DNA from: a virus | Lineage: Duplodnaviria > Caudoviricetes | Strand: one strand, 5' to 3' | Length of the DNA: 36,080 bases | Virus record (IMG/VR): IMGVR_UViG_3300025381_000048 | Coordinates: 1 to 36,080 of that record | In this document: positions 1-8,085 of the stretch, piece after piece | Numbering within the stretch: the stretch's first letter is position 1 | Layout: each line of letters begins with the position of its first letter | The notes under the pieces: model-generated | What the model saw: only the letters and a program-made list of their open reading frames with translations | Database searches by the model: none | Told to the model about the DNA's origin: nothing | Made by a program: the position numbers and the translations under genes

Positions 1-127
1 CATATTCTTTTGTAACCAATCCCAATTCAAACAACTGACGCAATCCGCGCAAATGCGGACCTCCAACTTGTTGATGATGTTCGACATATTCCAATGCGGC
101 TTGCTGGATCGGAGAAATGGAATTCAT
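1..127 (-). CDS. Hypothetical protein, partial (runs off left edge; may continue at 36080 if the window is circular)
   Basis: ATG at 127 overlaps the thyX stop (ATGA). The frame is open to position 1: MNSISPIQQAALEYVEHHQQVGGPHLRGLRQLFELGLVTKEY. Confidence 0.6.
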   Translation of the reverse strand, partial: MNSISPIQQAALEYVEHHQQVGGPHLRGLRQLFELGLVTKEY

Positions 128-783
128 GACACCCAAATTCCGGCCAAAGATGGAAACTCTTTTTTTAACAATTCTCTAGCTTCTTCTGCAATAATCCGGT
201 GCTCTTTCTGCGTCGATGGATCGGTGCGGACAGCGATGTAGTGAATCCACTGGCGCAGGGTGCCGTTGGCATACATCCGGGTCTTCATCAGGCCCTCAGG
301 AAGCACGGCGCGAGCCTGTTCCTTGGCGATTCCGCGTTCTAGGGCTTCCTTGTAGGTATCCTTAATATGCTCAATGATGCGCCTTTGTGCCAAAAACCAC
401 CAAACCTCCAAATCCTCGTCCTGTTTGCCGGGTTCGATGCTGTTCTGCCGGCTTTTAGGGTCTTGTAACCGCGCCTCGCGCGTTTCAAAATCCAGCGATT
501 TCGTGGGGTCGGCATAACGCTGGCTGAACTCCTGAAATCGGAACCCGTGCCGCAGGATTTGCCGGCCAATGTCGCGCGTGGTTTCGATCTCCATCACGAT
601 GTTGACCATTTCGAAGATCGAAAAGTGCTTATTTTCATAGCAATATTTCAGCAGCTTCCCGCCGGTTTCGGTATTCATCTGATTGTCGGGGTTGCTCACT
701 CTTGCAGCGTAGACGATAAATTCCTCGGGTGTGTTGATGCCCTCAACACGGGGCTGCGTGACGGCGACGATGCGAACTTTCAT
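124..783 (-). CDS. thyX: Flavin-dependent thymidylate synthase ThyX
   Basis: Motifs YAARVS, HFSIFE, QILRH-GFRFQEFSQRY, AKEQARAVLP, NGTLRQWIHY and TQKEHR; SD GAAGGA. Confidence 0.93.
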   Translation of the reverse strand: MKVRIVAVTQPRVEGINTPEEFIVYAARVSNPDNQMNTETGGKLLKYCYENKHFSIFEMVNIVMEIETTRDIGRQILRHGFRFQEFSQRYADPTKSLDFETREARLQDPKSRQNSIEPGKQDEDLEVWWFLAQRRIIEHIKDTYKEALERGIAKEQARAVLPEGLMKTRMYANGTLRQWIHYIAVRTDPSTQKEHRIIAEEARELLKKEFPSLAGIWVS

Positions 784-793
784 GTGTTGTCCT

Positions 794-871
794 TCAGTGC
801 CTGTTTGCCGGGTGGCGTGATTCGATGATATCCTGCACCATCATTTCGATCACTGTTTCGCGTGGGGTCAT
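794..871 (-). pseudogene. Internally deleted, frameshifted remnant (25 aa) of the gene at 34623..35042
   Basis: Starts MTPRETVIE like the 139-aa gene. 783-811 matches 34656-34684 at 28/29 nt (GKQALKDNT), but in a different frame from the ATG at 871. Confidence 0.7.
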
Positions 872-1230
872 TTCGGTGGCTCCGGTATGGTCGCGTAGTG
901 CGTCGGCGGATGAAATTCTGGCTCCCATCCAGGCGGTTCATCTCCTTCGGATGTCCAACATTCATGCTTGGGCCACCAGCGCGCAATAACTACCCACCGA
1001 TCCTTTTTTGGGTTGTTTTCAACAAAACCAGAAATCAGCCATAACTGCCCATTCCGGGCTTCGTCATCAATCTCTCGCCAGGGCGAGACGATCATTGCAG
1101 CAAGGCGCGCTTCTATTTTTACATCAGCTTTCCGAAAGGATTGTGAAGGCCCAGTTAGCCATCTTTTGTTGTATGCTTCCCAAAATAACTCTCGCAGCGC
1201 ATCGCGCCGCACGGTTACAAAATCGGTCAT
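868..1230 (-). CDS. DUF551-like phage accessory protein
   Basis: WREIDDEARNG...PTHYATIPEPP resembles the DUF551 W..I..AP.DG...PTHW.PLPEPP pattern; ATGA overlaps at both ends. Confidence 0.7.
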   Translation of the reverse strand: MTDFVTVRRDALRELFWEAYNKRWLTGPSQSFRKADVKIEARLAAMIVSPWREIDDEARNGQLWLISGFVENNPKKDRWVVIARWWPKHECWTSEGDEPPGWEPEFHPPTHYATIPEPPK

Positions 1231-1574
1231 TTTGCCCTCTTGGCTAATGCCGCACGGGCTTTACACCCACTGCATGTGTTTTCATCGAAGTTCGGGCCAT
1301 ACTCACGACAAAGACCCTCACAAAATTGATCTCCGTAATAAGTCAACGCAGCTTCTAACTCCGCGATTCTGGCCCGTGCTGCGGTCAGTTCGGCGCGCAT
1401 ACCGTCCGCGTCCACGACAACCGTGCCCATGCCGTCGCCGGCTCCGACTGGTTTGTAATAGTGCTCGGTCATGGCGTGGGCCTCTTTTTTCCCGATGCGG
1501 TCTGCCGCAGCCTGCATCGCATGTTCTTTGGTTGGGTACGCTCCGCTTCCGCCGGCTCCAATAGTTTCGGTCAT
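1227..1574 (-). CDS. Phage accessory protein, Ead/Ea22-like coiled coil with Cys cluster
   Basis: ELTAARARIAELEAAL, CEGLC and CSGC; ATGA-coupled; duplicated at 35398..35745. Confidence 0.65.
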   Translation of the reverse strand: MTETIGAGGSGAYPTKEHAMQAAADRIGKKEAHAMTEHYYKPVGAGDGMGTVVVDADGMRAELTAARARIAELEAALTYYGDQFCEGLCREYGPNFDENTCSGCKARAALAKRAK

Positions 1575-1633
1575 TTCGCACCCCGCGCGGCGTCAACGGC
1601 GGCTAGGCCGGCTTCAACTTTCCATTCGCTCAT
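1571..1633 (-). CDS. 20-aa mini-ORF MSEWKVEAGLAAVDAARGAK, in-frame deleted allele of 35742..35969
   Basis: SD AGGAG upstream; stop overlaps the next ATG; both termini match the 75-aa ORF (MTKWKVD...GLAAVEAARGAK). Confidence 0.7.
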   Translation of the reverse strand: MSEWKVEAGLAAVDAARGAK

Positions 1634-1643
1634 CTTCTATCTC

Positions 1644-1829
1644 CTATTTCATCGGCGCTAATTGTTGCAGATCACAAGTTGCTGATAGCACATCAGCTTT
1701 CTTCGCTTGAAGGTTTTGCACCTGCTCCACCAACGCGGCCTTGCAGAGGTCTTTTGTTGAGTAGCGTTGCTCCGGCGGGCAAAGCCCGATGCTGCCGAGC
1801 ATAGCAATCAGGTGAAGGGTGAAAATCAC
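1644..1829 (-). CDS. Small hypothetical protein with hydrophobic N-terminus
   Basis: 61 aa; GTG start overlaps the previous stop; SD GGAGGAAAGGA. Confidence 0.65.
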   Translation of the reverse strand: MIFTLHLIAMLGSIGLCPPEQRYSTKDLCKAALVEQVQNLQAKKADVLSATCDLQQLAPMK

Positions 1830-2596
1830 GTCCTTTCCTCCAACAAGCCTCCTTCAAAGATATACGTCCCGACATGAGACAGCTTCACCCACGGTGCTGC
1901 GTGGATTTTGCCGCCCATTTCCCTCCACTTGAAACAGAAGTGATAATCCTCACTGAGCAGGCGATTGCTTTCCTTGTCGATGCTGGTGGCAAAAAACTCG
2001 CGGATCTTCTCAGCGCCCATTTGTCCGGCCAAGTCATTCACATCATTGGTGTATGACGGCACTTCCAAAGCCATCTTTGTCAGCACTTCGCGCTTGATGA
2101 GCATACAGCCGGTGCCACCGGCGAGGATCTCAAACGGCTTATTCTGCGCCACCGTTATCTCGTTGGCGTTGTCCAACAGGTTCAAAACGAAGCTGGCGGT
2201 GTGCTTCTTTAGATCATCGACAGGAACGTTCATTTTCACCGCACGTTCAACGGTATGCCAGTTGATTTCTTTTTTCGGGTAGATACCGCAGACAACATCA
2301 ACGTCAGCCATCACCATTCCCATAATATGCTCGGCCTGGAAGCGAATATCAGCGTCAATGAACAACAGGTGTGTTGCCTGCGTCTTGAGAAACTGATGCA
2401 CCAGGGCATTCCGAGCACGAGTGATGAGCGATTCATTAAAGACGAAACTGTTGGCGAGTTGCCATTTAGCTGCCGCAAACTGCGATTGCAGTTGGCAGAC
2501 GCTTTGCATGAAGAATCCGGTTGTCATGCCGCCATACATTGGCGTTGCCAGCATCACAAACGGCCTTTTGCCGCGTTTAGTCGGTGCTTTCGGCAT
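1826..2596 (-). CDS. GT-A fold (family 2-like) glycosyltransferase
   Basis: LATPMYGG, SLITRARN, LLFIDADI (DxD), GTGCMLIKR and LSEDYHFC. Start moved to ATG 2596, behind SD AAGGGGA. Confidence 0.8.
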   Translation of the reverse strand: MPKAPTKRGKRPFVMLATPMYGGMTTGFFMQSVCQLQSQFAAAKWQLANSFVFNESLITRARNALVHQFLKTQATHLLFIDADIRFQAEHIMGMVMADVDVVCGIYPKKEINWHTVERAVKMNVPVDDLKKHTASFVLNLLDNANEITVAQNKPFEILAGGTGCMLIKREVLTKMALEVPSYTNDVNDLAGQMGAEKIREFFATSIDKESNRLLSEDYHFCFKWREMGGKIHAAPWVKLSHVGTYIFEGGLLEERT

Positions 2597-2909
2597 TGTT
2601 TGTCCCCTTAAGAAGCGGCAGGAAGTCATCCAACCGCATGATGATGATACTCTCCCGCCTGTCTGCCCTAGCTATCACCAAAGGCTTCTGAGCGGGGTTT
2701 GCGGCTCTAGTGGCTTGGTCTAGCCAATCATACACGGCAATGCCTGCGCGGCGCTTGCACTCCACGAGGTAGCCGGGGAGGTTTATGTCCCCCCCGCCAT
2801 CCCTGGTTTGGTTTAGGTTGCGTTCAACCTGAATCCCCAGCGCATCCTGCAATACATGCACAATGTCGCGTTCAAACGAAGCTCCCTTAGTGCGCTGAGA
2901 CTTGCCCAT
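2577..2909 (-). CDS. Holliday junction resolvase, archaeal Hjc-like PD-(D/E)xK nuclease
   Basis: MGKSQRTKGASFER...GGGDI...VECKR; located next to recombination genes. Confidence 0.8.
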   Translation of the reverse strand: MGKSQRTKGASFERDIVHVLQDALGIQVERNLNQTRDGGGDINLPGYLVECKRRAGIAVYDWLDQATRAANPAQKPLVIARADRRESIIIMRLDDFLPLLKGTNNAESTD

Positions 2910-3184
2910 TAGAACGGGATATCGTCGTCAAAAGCTTCGATTTCTTTTGGTTTGAACGTCTCGGCATCGGGCTTGGCCCTGGGCTTAAAGTTGTCGATCT
3001 TCATGCTTAGGAACATGCCGCTAGCCCCTTGGCGGTTCCACATGGCGATTTTGATCTGTTGTCCGGCCTTGCAGTCTTCATCCAGCACCAAAATAGCATC
3101 CCAATCGGGCGCTTTTTCGTGCTTTTTCTCCTTCACCTTGAAAGCAATGCCTGCTCCAACTTGTGGCGGGTTTTTGAGTTGCAT
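2909..3184 (-). CDS. Putative single-stranded DNA-binding protein
   Basis: Small beta-rich protein ending DDDIPF (SSB acidic tip), directly after the annealase. Confidence 0.7.
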   Translation of the reverse strand: MQLKNPPQVGAGIAFKVKEKKHEKAPDWDAILVLDEDCKAGQQIKIAMWNRQGASGMFLSMKIDNFKPRAKPDAETFKPKEIEAFDDDIPF

Positions 3185-3193
3185 CTTCGCTTC

Positions 3194-3943
3194 CTACTTC
3201 AGCATGTTGAGATATTCGGGTTCCAGTTCGTCAAACACCGCTTTGTTTACTTCCGCCAGTTCCTGGCCGGTCATGTGTTTGCTTTCCTGCGACAGTTTGG
3301 GCGAGTTGCGGATACGATCCACAAGGTCATTGTAGCCTTCCACCCATTCAGACTTACCCGAATGCGTTGCGTGGAGTTTCCCACCTGGAAGATAGAGTGG
3401 AAAATCGTCGGGCGATGCAACCGGGGCTGCCAAAGCTGGCATAGAAGCAGGGGCTGGCGTCAGAGCCGGTGAAAAGCTTTCCATCTCCTCCTCGGTGTAT
3501 GTTCCGACAATGCAGCCCGGATAGACCGTTCGGATACCTTCCGAGATGCAGCGCGAACGCAGCATGGCCCTGGGGTATTTGTTCCAGTTATCCTTGCCTG
3601 CCAGCCCGATTGCGTGGGCCTGCTTTATCGTCCAGGTTAGTTCGAGACTGCCGCCTTGTGGGTGCGTAAACACGCCCGTCACTTGCTGGTCGGTGTAGGT
3701 CTTCCATTCCACCTTGCCGCCTGCATTTTGAAAACGGGCCAGCATCGCATCCGCTTTAAGCGCAGGCCTACCCTGGATAACGTGATAATCACGAGCAGCA
3801 ATCGCTGGGTGCAGACCTTCGCCTTGCGCGATGAGCATCAGGGCCAGCGCCTGATCCTCGGTTTTAATGCCAAACAAACCGCTCTTGGCAACGGCAAGAG
3901 CCATTTGCCGCATTTCACCAACAGGGATGAGTGCGTTACTCAT
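3194..3943 (-). CDS. RecT/Red-beta-like ssDNA annealing protein
   Basis: YHVIQGRPALKADAM and NWNKYPRAMLRSR; paired with a YqaJ exonuclease; start chosen at ATG 3943. Confidence 0.72.
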   Translation of the reverse strand: MSNALIPVGEMRQMALAVAKSGLFGIKTEDQALALMLIAQGEGLHPAIAARDYHVIQGRPALKADAMLARFQNAGGKVEWKTYTDQQVTGVFTHPQGGSLELTWTIKQAHAIGLAGKDNWNKYPRAMLRSRCISEGIRTVYPGCIVGTYTEEEMESFSPALTPAPASMPALAAPVASPDDFPLYLPGGKLHATHSGKSEWVEGYNDLVDRIRNSPKLSQESKHMTGQELAEVNKAVFDELEPEYLNMLK

Positions 3944-4202
3944 CTGCTTCAACCTTTTCCATCGCTGCGTCAAAAATGCTCATCCCGGATCGGGGCTTGT
4001 TCCCCCGAATAACGTCGGCAACAACATCCACAACGCGCTGCACTGCGGCCGCACCCACCCCCTTCAAGCGGCGAAGTTCTCCAAGCGGCATGTCCGCTAC
4101 GTCGCCCAGCGTGACAGCATCACCAAATTCAGCCACCATCGCATTTTTCGCCCGCGCAGGGATTTTAGTATCCACGACGTAAACATCTTTCCAATCTGTC
4201 AT
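3936..4202 (-). CDS. Stand-alone RNA polymerase alpha-CTD-like (HhH) protein
   Basis: IPARAKNAM...TLGDVADMPLGELRRLKGVGAAAVQRV aligns by eye to the alpha-CTD LSVRxxNCL...IGDL...ELLKxxNLGxKSLxEI pattern. Confidence 0.65.
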   Translation of the reverse strand: MTDWKDVYVVDTKIPARAKNAMVAEFGDAVTLGDVADMPLGELRRLKGVGAAAVQRVVDVVADVIRGNKPRSGMSIFDAAMEKVEADE

Positions 4203-4211
4203 GATTCGCCC

Positions 4212-5123
4212 CTATTTAACGATAAGACGCCGAGAACCGGCGCGTTCAACGATGAACTTGTTATAAGTATCAGGCATTGTCGATTTAAACAACGCGGTAT
4301 CAAGTGTTTTTGTGGGTTTTGCTGCTTTCCAAGTGACCAAAGTGCGGCCATCAATCGTGCGGATTTCGCTGGCATTACCCATAGAGGTTTGAAGATAAGC
4401 AGCAATCTGCTCCTCTTGATCTTCGAGCGTTTTGCGTTGTGTTTTAATCGCCTTAAATTTCTCCACGATCTGTTCGCATTCCGCGCTAGCCAATACGAAG
4501 TCGCCATTGTCCTGCGGCCAGGCCAACCGGGCGTCATTGCTGGTTTGGGGGGCTGGGAGCGTCCCTTGTTGCACATGTGCCCACAACGTCGCGTAGTGTT
4601 TAATATGCTCAACGCGCATTTCATCAGTTACGTCGATCCTGAACGTGCGAAAATGCTGACCGCCAAACAGCACCGCTAAATAAACGGTGCCGACGCCCGC
4701 AACGCAGGCTTCGTGGATGCACTGCACCATATCTGCCGCAGGAATACGAACAGGTTCACCGTCCTCACTAAACTTGTGCGCTGCCGCATGATTATAGTTT
4801 TTGCACTCCACCAGGGCGCGCTGGTCTTCAGTGATATAGTCGAAGTGGGACTTCATCCACGTCTCGCTTGGATGCGTCAAAGACACGTCAAACTCTTTGA
4901 CGCGCAGCTTGTGCTTGTCTTCAAACAAGCGCGCAATGTGCGGCTGCATGAACAGGCCCATCCGCATTGCCTCCTGTTGCCGCTCAGGCAGGCTTTCAAC
5001 CGGGTTACGGGTGCGTTTCCCCTGTTTTTCGAGGATTAGCTCGACGGTCTCACCATTCACGTCTCGCCGGCAATCTGTTGACCACCAAGCAGATGCACGA
5101 TTTTCGGAACTAAAGTCATCCAT
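4212..5123 (-). CDS. YqaJ-like (lambda exonuclease family) nuclease
   Basis: HPSETWMKSHFDY, LVECKN, QCIHE and YLAVLFGG, followed by a coiled-coil C-terminal domain. Confidence 0.85.
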   Translation of the reverse strand: MDDFSSENRASAWWSTDCRRDVNGETVELILEKQGKRTRNPVESLPERQQEAMRMGLFMQPHIARLFEDKHKLRVKEFDVSLTHPSETWMKSHFDYITEDQRALVECKNYNHAAAHKFSEDGEPVRIPAADMVQCIHEACVAGVGTVYLAVLFGGQHFRTFRIDVTDEMRVEHIKHYATLWAHVQQGTLPAPQTSNDARLAWPQDNGDFVLASAECEQIVEKFKAIKTQRKTLEDQEEQIAAYLQTSMGNASEIRTIDGRTLVTWKAAKPTKTLDTALFKSTMPDTYNKFIVERAGSRRLIVK

Positions 5124-5292
5124 GATCTTTCTCCAAAAAACCTTTAAGCAGGTCAGATAGCTCTTGCGCCTGCTCGCGCTTAAACCTCAGCGTCATATCG
5201 TGCGCGTGGTGCATGGTGCTGAGACAAAAAATGTCGCCATCGACAAGATGCGTCAGGATCAAGCGACTATGCTGCAAAACAACAGACGGCAT
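5116..5292 (-). CDS. Hypothetical protein
   Basis: TAATG overlap with the upstream gene; SD GGAGG. Confidence 0.6.
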   Translation of the reverse strand: MPSVVLQHSRLILTHLVDGDIFCLSTMHHAHDMTLRFKREQAQELSDLLKGFLEKDHG

Positions 5293-5489
5293 TACCAAAT
5301 CCTCCACCAGGAGCGTTTAACAGGCTCAAGTTCGTGATTTATGCAGATGAGTGCGGCAAGCTGCTCCAGCTGGAGAGCGATAGACCGCAGGTTGCGAATT
5401 GAGCTCACCGGCAAGCGCCGGTATTCGCCCGCTTCAATCCCGCCAGACAACTGACGGGCTAAGTGAAGTAATGTTTTGCGGTGCGTCAT
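5292..5489 (-). CDS. Hypothetical protein
   Basis: 65 aa, translationally coupled at both ends. Confidence 0.6.
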   Translation of the reverse strand: MTHRKTLLHLARQLSGGIEAGEYRRLPVSSIRNLRSIALQLEQLAALICINHELEPVKRSWWRIW

Positions 5490-5686
5490 TCGCCGCCGTC
5501 CAATTCGTCCAGTGCTGCGCGGATTTCACGCGCCATCCATAACGGCAAATCCAACACCATTAGGCAGCCGGGATGACCCTCTTGTTCGATCGTGGTGCTG
5601 ATGTAGAGGTTTTTTTTGTCCACCTCGACGGCAAAATATGTGAGGTTTTTGTGCTCGCTAATCGTATTTTTGTAGAGCGTTCGCAT
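5486..5686 (-). CDS. Hypothetical protein, first gene of the leftward operon
   Basis: ATG 5686 lies downstream of the predicted promoter; ATGA overlap with the next gene. Confidence 0.6.
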   Translation of the reverse strand: MRTLYKNTISEHKNLTYFAVEVDKKNLYISTTIEQEGHPGCLMVLDLPLWMAREIRAALDELDGGE

Positions 5687-5722
5687 TGGAGTGTTCCCGC
5701 ATTCGCCAGGATTGGCAAACAA

Positions 5723-5751
5723 ATAATCTCATGCTCGGGTTGCGCGGTCAA
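5723..5751 (-). promoter_or_regulatory. Sigma70-type leftward promoter
   Basis: TTGACC-N17-GATTAT on the minus strand in a divergent intergenic region. Confidence 0.5.
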
Positions 5752-5798
5752 TAGGCGATATGATAGAAACACGCTCCAAAACAGGAAAAGAGGTCATT

Positions 5799-5960
5799 AT
5801 GCAAAAAACCATGTCGATTATCGTGCCGACGGAGTTGCTCGACGGTTTGACGGAAATTGCAAAACGCGAGGATCGGACGGTTTCTAGCTTGGTCCGAGTT
5901 GCGCTGCGGGCGTTCCTTGAACGTGAGCGTATCGAGGATGAGGCTAGGGATGATGCATGA
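5799..5960 (+). CDS. Ribbon-helix-helix (CopG/Arc) DNA-binding protein
   Basis: KTMSIIVPTELLDGLTEIAKREDRTVSSLVRVAL; SD GAGG before ATG 5799. Confidence 0.85.
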   Translation: MQKTMSIIVPTELLDGLTEIAKREDRTVSSLVRVALRAFLERERIEDEARDDA

Positions 5961-6661
5961 GCGCGACACCGTGGATGCCTCTGTACGTCGCTGATTACCT
6001 AGCGGACACCGGCCACTTATCCACCGATGAGCATGGGGCGTACCTGTTGCTCATCATGCACTACTGGCGCACGGGAGGCTTGCCTGACGATGACACGCGC
6101 CTTGCCAGCATCACTCGATTGGGCAAACGGTGGCTCAAAGTCTCTCAAACAGTGCGCGATTTCTTTCACGCCGAAAATGGAATGCTAAAGCACAAGAGAA
6201 TAGACTTGGAACTAGCTAAGGCATTGAAAATTCGCGATATCAGGGTAGCAGGAGGTATAGCAAGATCGCAGCAGCGTTATAGCAAGCCGCTAGCAGAATG
6301 CCAGCAGGAGGCTAGCCAATCACAGTCACAGTCACAGCTACAATCACAGCAATTAGAAAGAAGCATAAGAAAACCCCCTCTATCCCCCACTCGCTCGTGC
6401 TCGCTGAGTGTGATTATGGAGCCTGACGGGTTTGAGGATTTCTGGGCTGCTTATCCGCGTAAGATCGGCAAAGGTCAGGCCCGCAAAGCCTGGAATGTGG
6501 CCGTCACCAAAACGTCAGCCAGTGCCATCGTGCAGGCGTGCGAGGGTTATCGCTGGACCGGATCGGAAAAATACACGCCTCACCCGGCAACGTGGTTGAC
6601 CGGAGAACGGTGGACTGACGAAAGACCAACGGAAGTAGATTTCTTGGAGGGACTGACATGA
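5957..6661 (+). CDS. Replication initiation protein, YdaU/DUF1376 family (lambda O-like)
   Basis: PWMPLYVADYLADTGHLSTDEHGAYLLL N-domain; FEDFWAAYPRK and HPATWL C-domain. Confidence 0.85.
   Translation: MSATPWMPLYVADYLADTGHLSTDEHGAYLLLIMHYWRTGGLPDDDTRLASITRLGKRWLKVSQTVRDFFHAENGMLKHKRIDLELAKALKIRDIRVAGGIARSQQRYSKPLAECQQEASQSQSQSQLQSQQLERSIRKPPLSPTRSCSLSVIMEPDGFEDFWAAYPRKIGKGQARKAWNVAVTKTSASAIVQACEGYRWTGSEKYTPHPATWLTGERWTDERPTEVDFLEGLT
6246..6350. repeat. Iteron-like (T/C)AGCA(A/G) repeats plus TCACAG repeats; probable replication origin
   Basis: TAGCAGGAGG/CAGCAGGAGG, TATAGCAAG x2, GCTAGCAG and GCTAGCC are clustered in the initiator linker, as in lambdoid origins. Confidence 0.55.
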
Positions 6662-7122
6662 CCAAGCAGGAACAATTTTTTCGCGCACTCGCAAAGTTGG
6701 TGCAGCCCGATGATCCCGAAGCGGCTTATCAGGCTCTTAAGCCAATGGCCGCAATGCTGACCAGCACGCCGGAGAGAGTGTGGCAATCTCGGCAATGCTT
6801 GGAAGCAATCGCAACAGCCAAGCGCAGGACGATTGTGCCTAACTACGCCGATCTGCAATCCGCAATCGGGCAATGGCTCAGGGACAACCCGGACACAACA
6901 GCGATACCGGACGATCGCATGTCAGGCTGGTCTGAGATGGACCGGCGGTGGCTGGATTTTTATCGCACACGCAAGGCGGAGGGTTTCGTGCCTCGAGGCA
7001 GGTCAAACCTCATGAGCCTGATCGGGCAGCAGGCACCCGCGATATTGCCGTTTATAGCCGCAGAGGAGCGCGTAGAGCCTGGTGCGGGGAGGCGCTGGTA
7101 TGATGATACCGGAGAGAAGTGA
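6658..7122 (+). CDS. Hypothetical protein in the helicase-loader (lambda P) position
   Basis: ATGA overlap with the initiator; SD GGAGGG; function inferred from synteny only. Confidence 0.6.
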   Translation: MTKQEQFFRALAKLVQPDDPEAAYQALKPMAAMLTSTPERVWQSRQCLEAIATAKRRTIVPNYADLQSAIGQWLRDNPDTTAIPDDRMSGWSEMDRRWLDFYRTRKAEGFVPRGRSNLMSLIGQQAPAILPFIAAEERVEPGAGRRWYDDTGEK

Positions 7123-7165
7123 AAAGCCCTCTATGGGCCTCTGACGGGCTTCAGAGCGTGTAGGC

Positions 7166-7194
7166 AAAAAAAACCCCCGGATAGCGACCGGGGG
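7166..7194 (-). terminator. Rho-independent terminator for the leftward early block
   Basis: Minus strand CCCCCGG-TCGCTAT-CCGGGGG followed by T8, between convergent genes. Confidence 0.85.
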
Positions 7195-7230
7195 CAAGTT
7201 CACGGAGAGGAAACACCGACGGAGCAAAAA

Positions 7231-7506
7231 TTACGGCTGATCCTCGCCCTGGTCAACATTAAACTTGTCGGCAAACACTTCATGCACGTCTGAAATCGCG
7301 CGTGGAGTTACTTTCGGAGTCATATCTCGCAGAGTTGCCAGCACGTCGGCATAATCATAGCCGTCTGCGAGATATAATTCGGGTTCTTTCATCTGCTCCA
7401 AAATGTGTATAATCGCCTGCATAGCGCCAGCAATTACGATATTTTGATTTATGCATAGTTGCGCTTCGTCTTCAGCTAATTTTTTCCAATATCTACGGTT
7501 TGTCAT
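7231..7506 (-). CDS. Hypothetical early protein
   Basis: 91-aa ORF ending just before the terminator. Confidence 0.65.
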   Translation of the reverse strand: MTNRRYWKKLAEDEAQLCINQNIVIAGAMQAIIHILEQMKEPELYLADGYDYADVLATLRDMTPKVTPRAISDVHEVFADKFNVDQGEDQP

Positions 7507-7657
7507 TGGTTTCTATCTCATTCCTAAGAGCGATCAGTTCGACCATCCCGCCGTTGAGCGATATCCGATCATCTTTCGATTTGCTGTTGGTTATCTGTTG
7601 CCGCAGGATCGAGATGCGGCGGGTTATCCGTTCAAGCGGGGTGAGGGGTGGAAGCAT
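7493..7657 (-). CDS. Hypothetical early protein (54 aa)
   Basis: MLPPLTPLERITRR..., helical; tiles between its neighbours. Confidence 0.5.
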   Translation of the reverse strand: MLPPLTPLERITRRISILRQQITNSKSKDDRISLNGGMVELIALRNEIETNDKP

Positions 7658-7847
7658 TTTTTTCCCAAAATACCAAATAGATGGAACCATCGACGTCACG
7701 CATCGGCTTGTGGCGTCTGTTGCCATGCAAGCATGTTTTCGCTTTTGCGTCTGCATCGGCATGGCTCTCAGCCTGCCCATCCCATCGAAAAGTGCCCACA
7801 TTCCCGGCGGGTGTTTGGTAAGTGTATGTTGCGATATACCGCGCCAT
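7632..7847 (-). CDS. Hypothetical early protein
   Basis: 71 aa; SD GGGGA; starts immediately after the upstream stop. Confidence 0.6.
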   Translation of the reverse strand: MARYIATYTYQTPAGNVGTFRWDGQAESHADADAKAKTCLHGNRRHKPMRDVDGSIYLVFWEKNASTPHPA

Positions 7848-7848
7848 G

Positions 7849-8013
7849 TCAAAATATCCCCACCAGAACGAGGGTCAGCACAACCCCAGCGAGGGCGCCA
7901 AACATGAAACAGGTGGAATGGTAGGACATCAACCACCTAGCCCAAAACGACGGTTTCGTGTGCTCCTCCCAGATCCCGTATTTGAGATTAGCCGTGCGTT
8001 TTTTCATGTTCAT
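7849..8013 (-). CDS. Small membrane-anchored early protein (54 aa, not in the ORF track)
   Basis: SD AAGGGGA; MNMKKRTANLKYGIWEEHTKPSFWARWLMSYHSTCFMFGALAGVVLTLVLVGIF. Confidence 0.65.
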   Translation of the reverse strand: MNMKKRTANLKYGIWEEHTKPSFWARWLMSYHSTCFMFGALAGVVLTLVLVGIF

Positions 8014-8085
8014 GATGTATCCCCTTTTGAGTATCCTGCCGAGTGCAGGCCATAGCAGGCGCCGCAGCCCCTGCTAGAGTCCGGA

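Larger units (their letters stand above)
849..1609. repeat. 761-bp direct repeat, copy 1 (copy 2 at 35020..35780)
   Basis: Direct comparison at offset 34171; mismatches seen at 1515, 1554, 1557 and 1592. Confidence 0.95.

Noticed and set aside
3867-4679. Long antisense or alternative-frame ORFs (e.g. 3867..4679, 968..1564, 16550..17299, 30391..31068)
   Set aside because: They shadow well-supported genes and lack recognisable motifs or ribosome-binding sites.
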